Of a stretch of 64,000 bases of DNA, positions 1 to 12,702 are shown in pieces. Numbering within the stretch: position 1 is the first letter of the stretch; each line of letters opens with the position of its first letter. A model generated the notes under the pieces. That model did not search any database, had not been told where the DNA came from, and saw nothing but the letters and a program-made list of their open reading frames with translations. The position numbers and the translations under genes were made by a program. This stretch comes from an uncultured Phycisphaerales bacterium (GTDB lineage: Bacteria; Planctomycetota; Phycisphaerae; Tepidisphaerales; Tepidisphaeraceae): contig CAVWVQ010000003.1 of NCBI GenBank assembly GCA_963758525.1, positions 4,480,001-4,544,000 on the forward strand, written 5' to 3'.

Positions 1-1319
1 TGGCTTGCCTTCGAATTTCGCGGCCAGCTGGCGATAGAAATGCGCCGATTTTCCCGGCTGCGCCGATTCCCGCAGATATCGGTTGGCCAGATCCACGACC
101 AGGGGCAATACCTCGAGATTGAACCGGCACCGATGCTTTCCTTCCAATTGTCGGCGGACGCTGAAGAGAATCTGCCGGGTTTGGGATTCGGCGGCGGGAC
201 GAATTGGGAGGATATGAAAGAGATCGGCAAACCCGCGATCCCGCTCCCGCAGCGCGCGGAGGGCTGCGGGGGTGATTTCCGCCAGCAGGCGAAAGTCCTG
301 TCGCTCGATGTACGGCTTGATCACATGTGCCACCGTGAGGTCCGAATCGCGCGAAAGCCCGGCATAATACAGGCCAAGCAGATCGTCGAAGTAGAGAATG
401 TGATCCTGCTTGATCGATTCCTCCACGATCGCAGTGACGCGGTTCTCCCATTGTCCGACATACATCATCCCCGCGATGAGCCGTTGAGGCGCCAACAACC
501 AGAAATTGTTGCGGGAGGTATGCGGAGTCTTCCTTTTGTTCACCCGGTGATAAACGCACTCGTGGATGACAGAGGTCTTTCCCACCTGGGGCTCGCCCAC
601 CAGGAGCACCGGACGCCGCTGCTTTCCGGAAAGCACCTTTTGCAACTCCTCCACCTCGGCGTTGCGCAGAACCGGGCGATCGAGTTCGTCGGGATAAAGC
701 CAATCGAGGCACCGGCCCACTTTCTGCAACTCCGCCCGCCCGGTCATCCGCCTGGCGGACCCGAGCATCGCCATGAGGTCATTTTCCTCTTTTTCCAACT
801 CCGGCTCGACGGAGATGGAGAGATCAACCGGCGTGACCCATTGCCGATGGCTGGAAGTGAATTCCGCCGGAACCTGAAACTTGCCGGATTCTTTTTGCAT
901 CGCGGTGAAATGATCGACCAGGATATCGCGGGCGCGATCCAGCACGCGCTGCCCGCGGGTGATGTCGAACCATCTGCCGGGCAGTGCAGGGATCATTGCG
1001 ATGCGCCGGCCGAGCGCCTGGAAGGAGATCACCAGCACCCGGCAATCGGCCGTTCCGCGGTCGAGCAGCACTCGCGTCTTGAGGTGGTCTTCATCGATCT
1101 CCGGGCAAAACATCCAGCGGAGCAATTGGTCGTGGCGCGGATGCCTGGCGAGATTATCCAGAAGCTTCCGCAATTCGCGGGTGAGCTTTGCAGTCGCCCG
1201 GCTCAGTTGCTCATCCTGGGCATGGGGATTCGCGCAAAAAGCGGGCGCACGGTAAAGAGCGGCCCGGCAGTGTTTGGCCGACGAACTTCACTGACCAGCA
1301 GCGGTACTGTGATGTTCAT
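1..1319 (-). CDS. Atypical Clp-type AAA+ ATPase, N-terminal part (runs off the left edge; frameshifts near ~1235 and ~790)
   Basis: Manual minus-strand translation gives MNITVPLLVSEVRR..., Walker A PVLLVGEPQVGKT, WLLAPQRLIAGMMYVGQWENR, LYFDDLLGL, LLAEITP and QPGKSA. Clearly paralogous to the adjacent upstream gene. Not in the ORF track because it is truncated. Confidence 0.75.
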
Positions 1320-1347
1320 TGATCCATCACCATCATGGGTTGCGCAG

Positions 1348-4300
1348 TCACGACTCCATTACCGCCCAGGCAGCCTGGCGAAGCTGTCTCTCGACGGCAT
1401 CCTCCAACACCGCTGTGAAATCGCGGGTAAAGCGGAGCTCGGCCTGCAATAATTCATCCTTCACGATCCCGGCGTCGCAAGAATAGGTACGCCGGGCATG
1501 ACTTGCCGGTATATCAGTCGGCCAGTCCTCCCTCGCCATGGGAATATATTTGCTGAGCGACTCCGCCTCGCTTTCGACGATGCAATGGACGGTGCTGGTG
1601 TTCCCCCGAAAAATGTGAATTCCCCGCTCCGCGGCAAAACGAAGCCGGGCATGCATTCCGGCGATGGAAAGCCCGATGCCGATTGCGGACGGCTCCGGCG
1701 CTGCAAGATATTTGGCGATCTCCTTGATCGGACTCCGGCGAAAACCCTCTTTTCCGCGGGATTCGTACCAGCAGGCATCGACCGCATAGGAATGCGTCGC
1801 GGCGATGCCGCAATAGACCGCTGCCAGCTCGTGAACGCGGGCGCGGTCACCGAGAATGCCGATGACGACATTGTGCGGCCTGGCAGTTTGCATCGCCAGC
1901 AGCGACAGCAGCAACGCTTCGAAGCGAACCCGCAACCGGTTGATCTCTTCGCGCTGACCAGAGAGCCCGGCGGGATTGGATTGGTAGAATGCCGACAGGC
2001 AGGCATTTTCGATCAGATCGATCGATTGGGAGAGGTGCTCCAGCGCGTCTGTAATCTGGCGAAGCAACTTCATGCGCCCAGCGCGGGCCTCATTGAAGAT
2101 CGGTTTTTCTTTGGATTTGCGCCGGGCTTGCTGGCGAGCCTCTTCCTGTTCGAGGCGGAAGAGCTGATTGACGACTGTCAGCACCGCGGCGCAGCGCTGG
2201 CATTTCTGCACGTCGCGGCGGACCTGTGCGCAATCATCCGCCATGGTTCCGATGATCGCCGGCGGTGCCGTGGCGCCGCTATGCGCTGCGCTCGCACGGT
2301 GATTCGGATCGCGCCGTTTTCGGCGGTGGCGTCGGCTTCCAGCGGGAGATCGGGCGAATATGCATTGACGGCATCGGCGAGCGGCGCGAGAAGCTCGCGC
2401 TCGACGGCGCGCTTCAGCGGTCGGGCGCCGTAGCGGATGTCATATCCGCTTTTGGCCAGATGGGTCAGCACTTCAGCAGATAATCGCAAGGTCATCCCGC
2501 GAAGCTTGACGCCGTCCCGCTGCGCAACGAGTTCGATTTCCCGCCTGGCGATCTGCTCGATGACATCCCGCTCCAACGGCAGGAAGGGGACGATGCGATC
2601 GATGCGGTTGAAAAGTTCGGGTCGGACGAAATCACGGACTTCATCGGTGAAATGGCGTTCGGCGTCAGGCTGGCCCGTCGGGCCGGATGGGCCGGTGGTT
2701 CGATTGAGACCGAAGTTCCCGCGGCCAAAGGATGCCGTTCCAAGGTTGGAGGTCATGATGACGATGGTGTTCGAGAAATCAGCCAGCCGGCCGGCGGCAT
2801 CGGTCAGTCGCCCCTCGCCGAGCACCTGCAGCAGCAGATCGAGGAATGCCGGGTGAACTTTTTCAAATTCATCGAACAGGATGACGGAAAACGGCTGCTC
2901 GCGCACTTTGGCGGTGAGCAGGCCTTCGTTGCCATGTGAAGTCCCGATCAGCCGTTCGACGGCGGCGGGCCCGGCGAACTCGCTCATGTCGAAGCGGGTG
3001 AGGCGCGCGCGGTCGCTGAAGAAATATTCGGCCAATGCCTTGGCCATTTCGGTTTTGCCAACGCCGGTTGGCCCGATGAACAGCAGTGATGCGATCGGCC
3101 GATTCGGGCGCGTGAGAGAAGCTTTAACGGTTGCCAGCAGATCCACCACAAGTTCGATTGCGCAACTGGCCGATCAGTCGGGCGGCGAACCAGTCGTGCG
3201 CTGCGCACAGATCAAGCGGCACGCGCGGATCGAGCATGAATCGCGGCAAACCGGTTTCTCTGGCGAACGCATCAATGACATCAGCCGGCGTCAGCGCGCG
3301 ATCGGCGGGAACGTCCTTGAGGAGATTGAGCAGGAACCGCGCCGGCCGCCCGGGGTACGCGGAATACGTGGCAAAGCGCCGATGCAGGCGGTCGAGGGCG
3401 GGCAGCCAATCGTCCTCAATCGTCACCGGGCGCTGCTCCCCTTCGGCGATGCTGCGGAGGATCCTGCGGCCGGTGGGAATATCGGGTTCTTCGACGCGTA
3501 ATTGACGGAACAGCTCCAGCAAATAGGGATCGAGACGCTCGATGAAAGGCAATTGCTCAGGCGTGCATTCGGCAATCACGAGGACTTCGCCACGGCCGAT
3601 ATATTGCCGGAGAAATCCCGCGATTCCGCCGCCGCCACCAACTCGACCCACCTGCATGAGTTCGATGAGATTGCCGACGTGGAGGATGGCGTTTTCGCGG
3701 GCCGCTTCTTTGCACAAACGTTGCGTGCGCTGCTCCCACATGCCGTAACCGCTCATTCCGGCGATCAGGCGCGCCCCGCTGGTAGACCAGACCGGCGATC
3801 CTGCCCGCAACGATTTCCACCGGCGGACGAGTTGCTCGACGATGGCCGTCTTTCCGCAGCCGGACGGGCCGATCAGCAGCACGCTGCGCGGCCCGGTAGC
3901 GCCCAGCGCGTCTGCCAGATCATCCACAATGCCATCCACTTCGTAGGCCGGGCGCAGCGGTTTTTCGCCGAGCACAAGCCCGACCTGCTCGATCACGAGT
4001 TTGCCCTTGGATTGGCCGTCGCTCTGGTCGTCCTGCTCCCGCTGGCGCGCGGTCTTCAGTTGCACGGGAAAACTGAGCGGAATGACCTCGGTCTTGCTCG
4101 TGCGCTGCGATAAAGCAAGTTCAAAGAGCGATTCGACGATTTTTAAACGCTTGATTGCCGCGAGGATCTGATCCTTCAGCAGGGCGGACATTTCGGGTTC
4201 GCGCCGGCAAATCACTTCGATGCCAAGAACCGGGACGTACGCGAGAAATCCCTCGCTTGCGTGTCGCCAGCGAACGATATCGAAGCGCAGCGCAATCGGA

Positions 4301-4566
4301 TTCTCCCAGTCGGGCATTCGCGCCGGAGGATCGAGCATGATCTCGATCGACTCGACGCGCGCATCCGACGGCACAACTCTTCGATGCAGTTCGAGCGCGG
4401 GAATTTTCAGCAGGATCTGGCCGGCCAGTCGGGTGATGGTGGCGGTGGCGCGAGCGGGATTGCGGTCGCAGCACAACAGTTCGGGAAACAACATCGGCTC
4501 AGCCGCGACGGTGTCTTCGTCGAGGGATTGGGAAATGAGCGTGATGGTCCAGTTGCGCACGGGCAT
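1348..4566 (-). CDS. Atypical ClpA/B-like double AAA+ ATPase with C-terminal release-factor (PCRF)-like domain; split by frameshifts at ~3150 and ~2240
   Basis: Joined from ORFs 3124..4626, 2178..3149 and 1348..2244. D1 Walker A GPSGCGKT; D2 has FIGPTGVGKTE, RFDMSEF, ILFDEFEKVHP, GRLTD, RPELFNRID and YGARPLKR. Probable start at MPVRNW (4566). Confidence 0.85.
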
Positions 4567-4668
4567 GGTGAGCTTTATATCTGGAGCAGGCGGTGCAGTC
4601 GCCAGGCAGGGCCGATGCGGCGGCACCCCGTTCCATCATGTGCGGGGGGACGGCGGAAAATTGCGGTG

Positions 4669-4769
4669 GTAGGGCGGGATTCATCCCGCCGTTTTCGCGG
4701 GCGGCCACAAATCGGCGGGATAGATCCCGCCCTGCTCGGAGCCGACCGCTACTTTCGGGCGCTACACCC
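4669..4769. repeat. Partial (right-end) copy of the 143-bp REP-containing MITE-like element
   Basis: GTAGGGCGGGATTCATCCCGCC...GGCGGGATAGATCCCGCCCTGC...GCTACACCC matches the copies at 12224 and 44683; the left end is absent. Confidence 0.8.
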
Positions 4770-4893
4770 ATTGAGGGCGGCGGACGCCGCGGGAGCCGCG
4801 ATGCGGTGATAATTGTGGTAAGCTCCAAAACGTACGCCGCGCTGAGGAGCAGGGGAAGCAGGGACAACGATAAACGTTTTGCCAGGGATCTGC

Positions 4894-5643
4894 ATGCCGC
4901 TTGGACCCGATGAAATCTCGCTGGCGGCGCAGCTCGGTTTTGAGACTGAAGTGGCGGAGCTATTCGGGGCTGCCACTAAGAGTCAACTGAGCCCGTTCCG
5001 CGAGGCAAGTGGTGAACTGGCCGGGGTTGCCGCCCGGGTGATTGACGGAGAGGCTGCTGAAACCATTCTGAAAACTATCCAGCCGGATCTGATCCAACGA
5101 GGCTACCGCGCTTTTTGGACCCACCTGCATGAGCCTGACGGGCTCAAAACCGGCGACGCTTTAGCGCTCCTGCGCTCAACCGATCATTTCGCAATCCTTG
5201 ACGCGACCACTCCCTGCGCCGAGCACCACAGCGGGCCGGAGGTGATTCGCGAGAAGCTCAAGTACTACGAAAGGCTTTGCGATCTGGAGATCGTCGGCGC
5301 CTCCACGGATTGGGTGGCTGTGACATTCCGATCCCTTCCGGGCGATCTCTGCGGCTTTGCGGAGGATGTCTATCTATTTCGCCCTGACTCGTGCGATCTT
5401 CATTCCGGTATTGGCTCAAAACGAAGGTATACGAAGGAAGTTCGTGCCGCCGCAAAGGCGCTCTGCCCTGCTGTCTCCGAAAGCTGCTTACAGCAGATTA
5501 CTGCCAGGTACTGCAATGGCCCCGCTGCAGCCCATCTTCCTGCGGAATTCCTCGACATGCTCCTCAAAGACGTTCAGTGGAACGTCCGTTTGGTGGCTTG
5601 GGAACTGAAGCAGAAAATGTACTTTTTCTTTTGGTGGGACTGA
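4894..5643 (+). CDS. DUF4253-family protein
   Basis: C-terminal FFFWWD plus LEIVGASTDWV and FAEDVYLFRPD motifs typical of DUF4253. Confidence 0.7.
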   Translation: MPLGPDEISLAAQLGFETEVAELFGAATKSQLSPFREASGELAGVAARVIDGEAAETILKTIQPDLIQRGYRAFWTHLHEPDGLKTGDALALLRSTDHFAILDATTPCAEHHSGPEVIREKLKYYERLCDLEIVGASTDWVAVTFRSLPGDLCGFAEDVYLFRPDSCDLHSGIGSKRRYTKEVRAAAKALCPAVSESCLQQITARYCNGPAAAHLPAEFLDMLLKDVQWNVRLVAWELKQKMYFFFWWD

Positions 5644-5679
5644 AGAGACTCGAAACGCGGCGACCCGGGAGCGACGACT

Positions 5680-6135
5680 ATGGGAAACACACTTTACATT
5701 GCCACGAGCCAACCACTCGATGTCGAGATGAACAACGAGCGGCGGATCTTGGCAAGACTTGTTGGTGATCACCGACCCATGGAGGCATTGTGTGCGAAAC
5801 TGAGAGTGCCATCGCTCACCGGCTTTCAGAGCTACGATCCGCAGGGACTTGCTGAGTTCATCGATGATCCCGACGAGTTGAAGCAAGCTATCGCTAAGGC
5901 CGCACCTATTCAGTGGTTCGAGCCAGCGGACGCGCTACCAACAATCAGAGCCCTGCAAACGCACTACGCGGAAGCCCGAGTGATCATCCCGAAGGGGCGG
6001 AAGCCCGCGGGCCAGCGAGCATGGCAGCCTGCCGACGTTACTGAGCGACTGTTGGCCGAGCTCAAAGATCTGGAGGGCATCCTCGCTCAAGCACTGAAGG
6101 CTGGCGCTAAGTTCCGCATTTATCTGGTTGCTTAA
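5680..6135 (+). CDS. Hypothetical protein (151 aa)
   Basis: Clean ORF with protein-like composition, co-oriented with the DUF4253 gene. Confidence 0.6.
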   Translation: MGNTLYIATSQPLDVEMNNERRILARLVGDHRPMEALCAKLRVPSLTGFQSYDPQGLAEFIDDPDELKQAIAKAAPIQWFEPADALPTIRALQTHYAEARVIIPKGRKPAGQRAWQPADVTERLLAELKDLEGILAQALKAGAKFRIYLVA

Positions 6136-6516
6136 GACCGCGAAGAGGCGATGTATGTGCTTCTTGGAATGTCCAGATCACCGTCAACAATTCAATGAAC
6201 GCGCGCGGGTACGTGCCACGTGCCGCGGCTATCCTACCCTCTGTTAGTTGGCTAAAAGTGGTTGCGGATGGCGCCTGAGTGCGCAACGTCATTTTGTCGC
6301 AAACTCCGCCCCGTCCGACTTGGCATCAACTTTTCTCAGGCAAGCCGCTGCGGAGCTTTGGCCGCCGCGCGACGATCTCCCCGTCGTCATGCCACCACGG
6401 CTCCCGGATGTTATTAAAGCTGAGTCAAATGCAATAACGAATTGTCAAATGCGTTATAGACGCGAAGATATGTGGACGGAGGCAGCTATGCCCACCGATT
6501 CCGAAGGAGACGTCCA

Positions 6517-7894
6517 ATGCAAAGAATTGGATCGATAATGCTTGCCGCGGTGCTCGCGGCCGCGTCGGCGTTTGTTTTTGTCAGCCGGCATGCACCGGCG
6601 GCGACGCTTGCCGATCATTCCGCGTTGACGCCGATGCCGGGCACGGGAGACGTAACGTTCGCGAAGAACATCGCGCCGATCGTCTTTTCAAACTGCGTGA
6701 CCTGCCATCGCCCCGGCGAAGTTGCGCCGTTTTCGCTGATGACGTATCAGGAGGTGCGCAAGCATGCGGATGACATTGCGTCCGTCACGGACGACCGACT
6801 GATGCCTCCGTGGAAGGCGGCGCCGGACTTTGGCGACTTCGTCGGGATTCGACGTCTTACCGACGATCAGATCGCGACGATCGATGCATGGGTCAAGGCG
6901 GGGAAGCCCGAGGGAAATCCGGCGGACATGCCGCCGGCACCGACGTTTGCGTCGGGCTGGCAGCTTGGCGAGCCGGACCTGGTTGTGAAGGTGCCCAGGC
7001 CGTTCACGGTTCCCGCGGAAGGGCGGGATGTCTACCGGTGTTTTGTGATTCCGCTGAATCTCGATGTCATGAAGTATGTCGCTGCCGTGGATTTCCGGCC
7101 GAGCAACCCTGCGCGTTTTGCATCACGCGATCTTTTATCTCGACAACAATGGCAACGGCCGACGTCTCAAAGCGCAAGCCAAGGACGGTCAGCCGGGCTA
7201 TTGGCATTCAGGCGGTCCGGGCTTTATGCCGTCGGGCGGCTTGGGCGGATGGGCGCCGGGATATCAGCCGCAGTTCCTGCCCGACGATGTCGGCCGGGCG
7301 ATCCGCCCGGGAGCGGACCTGGTGGTGCAGACGCACTTTCATCCGACGGGCAAGCCCGAGCAGGAGCAATCGACGGTCGGAATCTATTTCAAAAAGAACG
7401 TGCCGAGCAAGTTGCTGGTGAGCTATCCGCGCAGCGTTCGGCGAATCGACATCCCCGCAGGCGACAGCGATTACCGCCTTCACGATCAATTCACGCTTCC
7501 AAACCAGGTGACGCTCGAAGGGATTACGCCGCACGCTCACCTGCTGTGTCAGGAAATCAAAGTCGTGGCGACGCTGCCGGACGGCACGGTCAAGCCGCTG
7601 ATTTGGATTCCCAAGTGGGACTGGAGCTGGCAGGAGCAGTACCAATATCGCCGGGCAATGACGATTCCCGCCGGCACGCGGGTGGACATCGATTACCGAT
7701 ACGACAATTCCGCCAACAATCCGAGGAACCCGCATGAGCCGCCGCAACGCGTTCGCTACGGCGAGCAGACTGGCGACGAAATGGGCATCGTGTTCTTCCA
7801 GCTTGAGATGACGCGCGGCGACCTGGCGGCGTTCATGGCGCAGGCGATCCGTCGTCGCATGCAGCAACCGCCAACCACTGCGCCGGCGAACTGA
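6517..7894 (+). CDS. Secreted cytochrome c / copper type II (peptidylglycine-monooxygenase-like) domain protein; frameshift at ~7110
   Basis: RBS GAAGGAGA, signal peptide, heme motif CVTCH, MPPWKA, LHHAI, THFHPTGK, PHAHLL, WDWSWQEQY and GDEM. ORFs 6472..7737 and 7076..7894 join. Confidence 0.8.
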
Positions 7895-7920
7895 CATGAG
7901 TTACGACATCCCAATCAAGC

Positions 7921-7960
7921 CCCCACCCTAACCCTCCCCCGGAGCACCAGGGGCGGGGAA
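7921..7960. repeat. CCCTCACCCC-A-CCCTCTCCCGGAGTACCGGGAGAGGG-type REP-like hairpin repeat
   Basis: Related copies at ~12090, ~20648, ~20739, ~25495, ~25570, ~29608, ~36123, ~37545 and ~37645, often as inverted pairs. Confidence 0.8.
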
Positions 7961-8018
7961 AAGAGAGGCCGCGGAAAATGTCACCCTTGGCTAACCGCGC
8001 CAATTGCATATGGCGGTT

Positions 8019-8076
8019 TTGTGGTGCAGGCTTCCAGCCTGCTGCCTGGGAAGCAGGCTGGAAGCCTGCACCACAA
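8019..8076. repeat. GTGGTGCAGGCTTCCAGCCTGC REP doublet (inverted repeat)
   Basis: 25-bp perfect inverted repeat; a second copy lies at 12703-12759. Confidence 0.8.
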
Positions 8077-8293
8077 TTGGAGATCGTCCTTCCAGAGGGC
8101 AGATGCAATTGCCCGGCTTGGCTACCGCGGAGGAGCGAAGCAGCGTTGCCATTCGGTGCCGCGCGTCGTTATATTTTGTATTAGAGACTCGGCCGATGGG
8201 TGAGGGGCCGACGCGATGTGGCACAAGAAAAGATCCGACCGGCTATTTCGTAAGGGGGAGCATTTATTTTCGAGCACAAGATTGGGTGAATGC

Positions 8294-11200
8294 ATGTTCA
8301 ACCCGCGTTGTTTCGGTTGCGCAAGTCGTTCGCTTCGCCGCGCGATTGTCCCTGCGTTGGAGGTGTTGGAGAGCCGTCTATTGCTGAGCGGGGCTTCGGT
8401 GCAGATCAACCCCCCGGCCGCCATCCAGGGAGCCGGGGTGTTTGAAATCGATGTGGTGCTCACCGATTCGTCGCGACTGATTCCCGCCGGAATTTCTCCG
8501 TCCAACATCGTGGTAAGCGGGTCGTCCGGCCCGCTCAAAGTGCTCGGCGACCAGTCGCGCTCGTTCGCCGGCGGTACCACATATGACGTCAGCTACTTTG
8601 TCCAATCACCCGGAGGCGTCTGGGATTCGGACGCCAACGGGAATTATTCAATCGCCTTTCAATCCGGCCAGGTGTTCGATGTCTCGGGCCAGTCGGCTCC
8701 CGCCACGTCGGTCCAATTTAGCGCGACCGGTCTGCAGCCGCTCTCCGGGCCGCTGGCGGTGGCGTTTGAGCCCAGCGCCGATTTCAACGTCAATGTTCCC
8801 GGAACCACCGGCAGAACCCTTGAGGTGACCTATTCCGATCCGACCGGAATCGACATCTCCTCAATCAGCAACAATAACCTCGTCAGCTTCGTCGGCTCGC
8901 TCACGAGCTCGCTCAAATCAGTCAACGCACTCGACGGTGGAAAGATCGTCGACGCGACTTATTTTCTGGGAGCACCAGGCGGCGCGTTTTTCGCTTCCGC
9001 GGACACGGGCTACCACGTCGTGCTCAATCCCAACGACCCGGTGACCAACACCAGCGGCCAGGATGTTGTTCCTTCTGGCGCTGTCCTGGCGCTCTATGAA
9101 GTCAACATCGACCCGTTTAATTCCAGTTTCGCGTTCACCGGATCGAGCAATCCGAATTTCGTCGCCCAGGCGATCGGACATCAGAGCGACGGCGACATCA
9201 TCCTCGCCGGACTCCAGGGGGACACCGGCGCGGGCGACGCCCAACTGGTGATTGAGCGTCTCCTCCCTGACGGCAGTCTGGATACGACATTCGCCGCCAA
9301 CGGCCTCTACGTCTCGCCCGCCGGCAATAACGACGCGGCGTTTGCGCTAGCCGTCGAGAGCGACAACTCCATTCTCGTGGCCGGCACCAGCGGGAATCAT
9401 TTTCTGCTGGCGCACTTTGGCGCCAACGGAACGCTGGATACAAGCTTCGGCCCCAGCCACAGCGGCGACGTTACGACGACAATCAACCAATTCGCGTCTT
9501 CTGAAGTTGCCTACTCCGTGGCGGTAGCGCCCGACGGGACCATCGTCACGGCGGGCGGTTCCGACGGCTCGTGGGCGTTTGCACGCTATTCCGCCACCGG
9601 CTCACCCTTGAACAGTTTTGAGGTTGTGTTGCCCATACCGACAGGCGCGCAACACCCCAACGAAGGGGAAGTGGGTCAGATTGCAGTCAGATCCGATGGC
9701 ACGATCGTCGCGGCGGGTTCTGATGGAGCGAATGTTGATGTTGCCGAAGTCGATACGGTCGGGACATTGCTGCCCGGCTTTAATCACAGCCAGGTGGAGC
9801 AACTTTCCGCTCTGGGAGTGCGGACCGATCTCTCTTCAGGGCTGGATCATTCCATTGGGCTGGCCCTGGACGAGTCGGGCCGCATCGTCGTGGCGAATCG
9901 AACACCCGCGGCGACCGCGGATTTTGCAATCGAACGTCTCAACACTGACGGCACCGCCGACACGTCATTCGGCGCCAGCGGCACCGGCCTGGTCACCTCC
10001 AATTTCGGCGGCGATGACGATGCCGACAGCGTCGCCATCCAACCCGGCGGCCAAATCGTGGTCAGCGGCACCAGCACCGACGCTTCCGGAAATGTGCAAC
10101 TGGCCGTGGCCGCGTTCAACGCCGACGGCACGGTTGATGATGAAAATCTCGTGAACGGCCAGCAACTTTCCCCAACAAATGCCAGCACGGCCGCTGCTAC
10201 ACCCGGACTGATTGGTCCCGATGTCAGTGCCAGCGGCCAGGGCATTACCAGTTCCTTTGGCGATGCCAGCGGCGACAACGTCAATGTCGGCTCGGCGGAA
10301 CAATCGAGCTCCGGCGGTGGGACCAGCGCTCAATCACTCCAATTGCCCGGGATCGTGCCGACGCTCTCAGCAAGCCCGCTGACTTCGTCCGCAGCAACGT
10401 ATTCTTTTACGGTTGTGTATGCCGACAACTCCGACTTGAGTTCCGCCTCACTGCAGTCCGCCGGTGCGGTCAGTGTCGCGCGGATTGCAACGCCGCCCGC
10501 CAGCGGCGTGGCCGCTCCGGCTGTTGCAACGACACTTCCGGTAGTGAGCGCGGTCGTTGACACCAATAGCAATGGCTCCCCGCGCACCGTCACGTATACC
10601 GTCGCCGCTCCATCGGGTGCGTTCAACAGTTCAGATAATGGAACCTACTCGATCGAATTGAACGGCAATGCAATCACAGATGTACACGCCAATCATGCTT
10701 CAAGCGGGGAGCTGGGAAATTTTTCGGTCAGCGTCGCATCCGCCGGCGAGCTTTCCATTTCCGGCACCGTCTTCGATGACCAAAACGACGATGGAGTGCA
10801 AAACGCCGGTGAAGCGGGTATATCCGGCGTCGTTGTCTACGCCGATGTCAACGGCACGGGTGATCCCACCGGTCAACCGCAGGCTGTGACCGACGCCTCC
10901 GGCAATTACACCATCGCCGGTCTTCCCGCCGATCAGACGTACCTGATCCGCGAGGTCTTCCCCGCCGGGTTCAGCCAGACGTTCCCCTCATCGGACGCCG
11001 GCAACAGCGTGGCGCTCACCAACGCTTCTGTCGAAGGTGAAAACTTCGGCGTGATTCTCGGAACCGCCCCCGCAAGCCTCTCCGGACAGGTTTACAACGG
11101 ACTCACAGGCGCCCTTCTGAGTGGTGTCACCGTCTTCCTCGACGCCAATCAGAACGGCACGCTCGACGCCGGGGAAACCAGCACCACCACCGACGCCACC

Positions 11201-12084
11201 GGCAGCTACCGCTTCAGCAACCTCTCCGCCGGCACGGACACCGTCACAGAAATTCCCCCCGCCGCGCAGACAGCTCTCACCCCAGCCGTGAATGTCACTG
11301 TCACCACCGGCGCAGCCGTCGGCCCTTCGTTCGCGGATGTGCCCAATGGAGCGCCAGCCGGCACGCTGGCGCCCAATCTCACCGGCAAGTTCCTGACATC
11401 CCCGCCGGCCACCGTCGTCGGCGGGTCCAAGGGCAAGCTCACGCTTCAGCTCAACAACACCGGGACAGCCACCGCCCATGGACGCGTCACGATCACGCTC
11501 TTTGCCTCAAGCACGCAGACGCTGCTGGGCGCGACCAAAATCATCGACGTTCCGCTTCGGCTGCAGCTCAAGCAGGGACGCGCCACGAAGGTGAATTTGC
11601 ATTTCAAATATCCCGCCGGGCTGGTGAACGGCGCCTATTCGATCATCGCGTCGATTGACCCCGCCAACGCGATCACCGAGAGCACCAAGACCGACAATCT
11701 GGCGATCAGTGCTCCAACGACGATCTCCGCGCCCACCGTCACTCTGCGCGCGCCCTCAGGTCGCCCGCCGCGATCAAACGCGGGAAATCCGCAACGCTGG
11801 TGCTGAATCTCGCCAACGTCGGCAACTCCGCCGCCATCGGCACGTCGATCGTCCGGATTTTCGCTTCTTCCGATCAAATGTTGGACGGGACCGGCACGCA
11901 GATCGCGAGTTTCCGCGCCCGCCTGAACATCAAACCGTCGCGCTCCCGCGTTTACCGCTTTAACCTGAAGACTAAAGCCAGCGTCCTGCAGGCTGGAAAC
12001 GTCTATCTGATCGCGCAGGTCGGCGCGGCGGGTTTGATCCCGGTCACGACGGTGGTTGCTCCGTCGCAGACAGCGGTGAGTTGA
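8294..12084 (+). CDS. Large secreted planctomycete-type protein: LEPR-XLL leader, delta-60 (DUF5122) beta-propeller repeats, SdrD-B-like and CARDB-like domains; frameshift at ~11760
   Basis: ALEVLESRLLLS; repeated DGSLDTTF/NGTLDTSFG/DGTADTSFG; SISGTVFDDQNDDGVQNAGEAGISGVVVY; IDPANAITESTKTDN. Confidence 0.85.
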
Positions 12085-12089
12085 GCGTC

Positions 12090-12131
12090 ACCCTCACCCC
12101 AACCCACTCCCGGAGTACCGGGAGAGGGGGT
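12090..12131. repeat. CCCTCACCCC-type REP hairpin immediately after the stop codon
   Basis: CCCTCACCCCAACCCACTCCCGGAGTACCGGGAGAGGGGG. Confidence 0.8.
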
Positions 12132-12223
12132 AATGCAACGAGCTCTTGGTTTACAGGCCCGTTCAGAAACTTCGAGCTCGACTTGCCCCTTGGGCGTACG
12201 CGATGATCGCCCGCTCGGGAAGG

Positions 12224-12366
12224 GGGTGTAACTTTTATTTGTGGCGATTGCAGATTTTGCGATCGTAAGGCGGGATTCATCCCGCCGTTTTCTCAGCCGG
12301 CCAACAAATCGGCGGGATGAATCCCGCCCTACTCGGAGCCGATCGCCACTTTCGAGCGCCACACCC
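12224..12366. mobile_element. 143-bp MITE-like element carrying a GTAG-REP doublet
   Basis: Imperfect TIRs GGGTGT...GTGGCGAT / ATCGCCAC...ACACCC. Flanked by CGGGAAGG on both sides (one extra C). Differs from the 44683 copy at about one base. Confidence 0.75.
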
Positions 12367-12420
12367 CCGGGAAGGAGGAATCTCGCATCGGGTACATTTG
12401 CAGAGGGGAAGCTTGGTACA

Positions 12421-12678
12421 ATGCTGGACATGAACACAGCCCCGATTCCCTTGGAGACGCACGGCAGCACCGGCTTCATCGCGCGATCGGACGAGACGGC
12501 CGGCGGGATCCTGCCGCCGGGGGAGCACGCCAGACGATTCCGATATCTCTCCGTCTCCAACGTCTCGCCGGAGGCGCTCGTGACGGACATCAACCAATAC
12601 TCCACGCAAGGATGGGAAGTCGCCCAGATCCTTCTCAACGGCGGGACGTTCGTGGCGTTTCTCAAACGCCCGCATTAG
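12421..12678 (+). CDS. Small DUF4177-like protein
   Basis: FRYLSV...DINQYSTQGWEV...FVAFLKRP pattern. Confidence 0.55.
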   Translation: MLDMNTAPIPLETHGSTGFIARSDETAGGILPPGEHARRFRYLSVSNVSPEALVTDINQYSTQGWEVAQILLNGGTFVAFLKRPH

Positions 12679-12702
12679 AGCCGTCTTCAGGTTCATGTGA
12701 CG

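Noticed and set aside
40..1452. 470-aa plus-strand ORF, and similar long antisense ORFs such as 22414..24297 and 46435..47733
   Set aside because: Shadow ORFs opposite well-supported genes in GC-rich DNA; no motifs.
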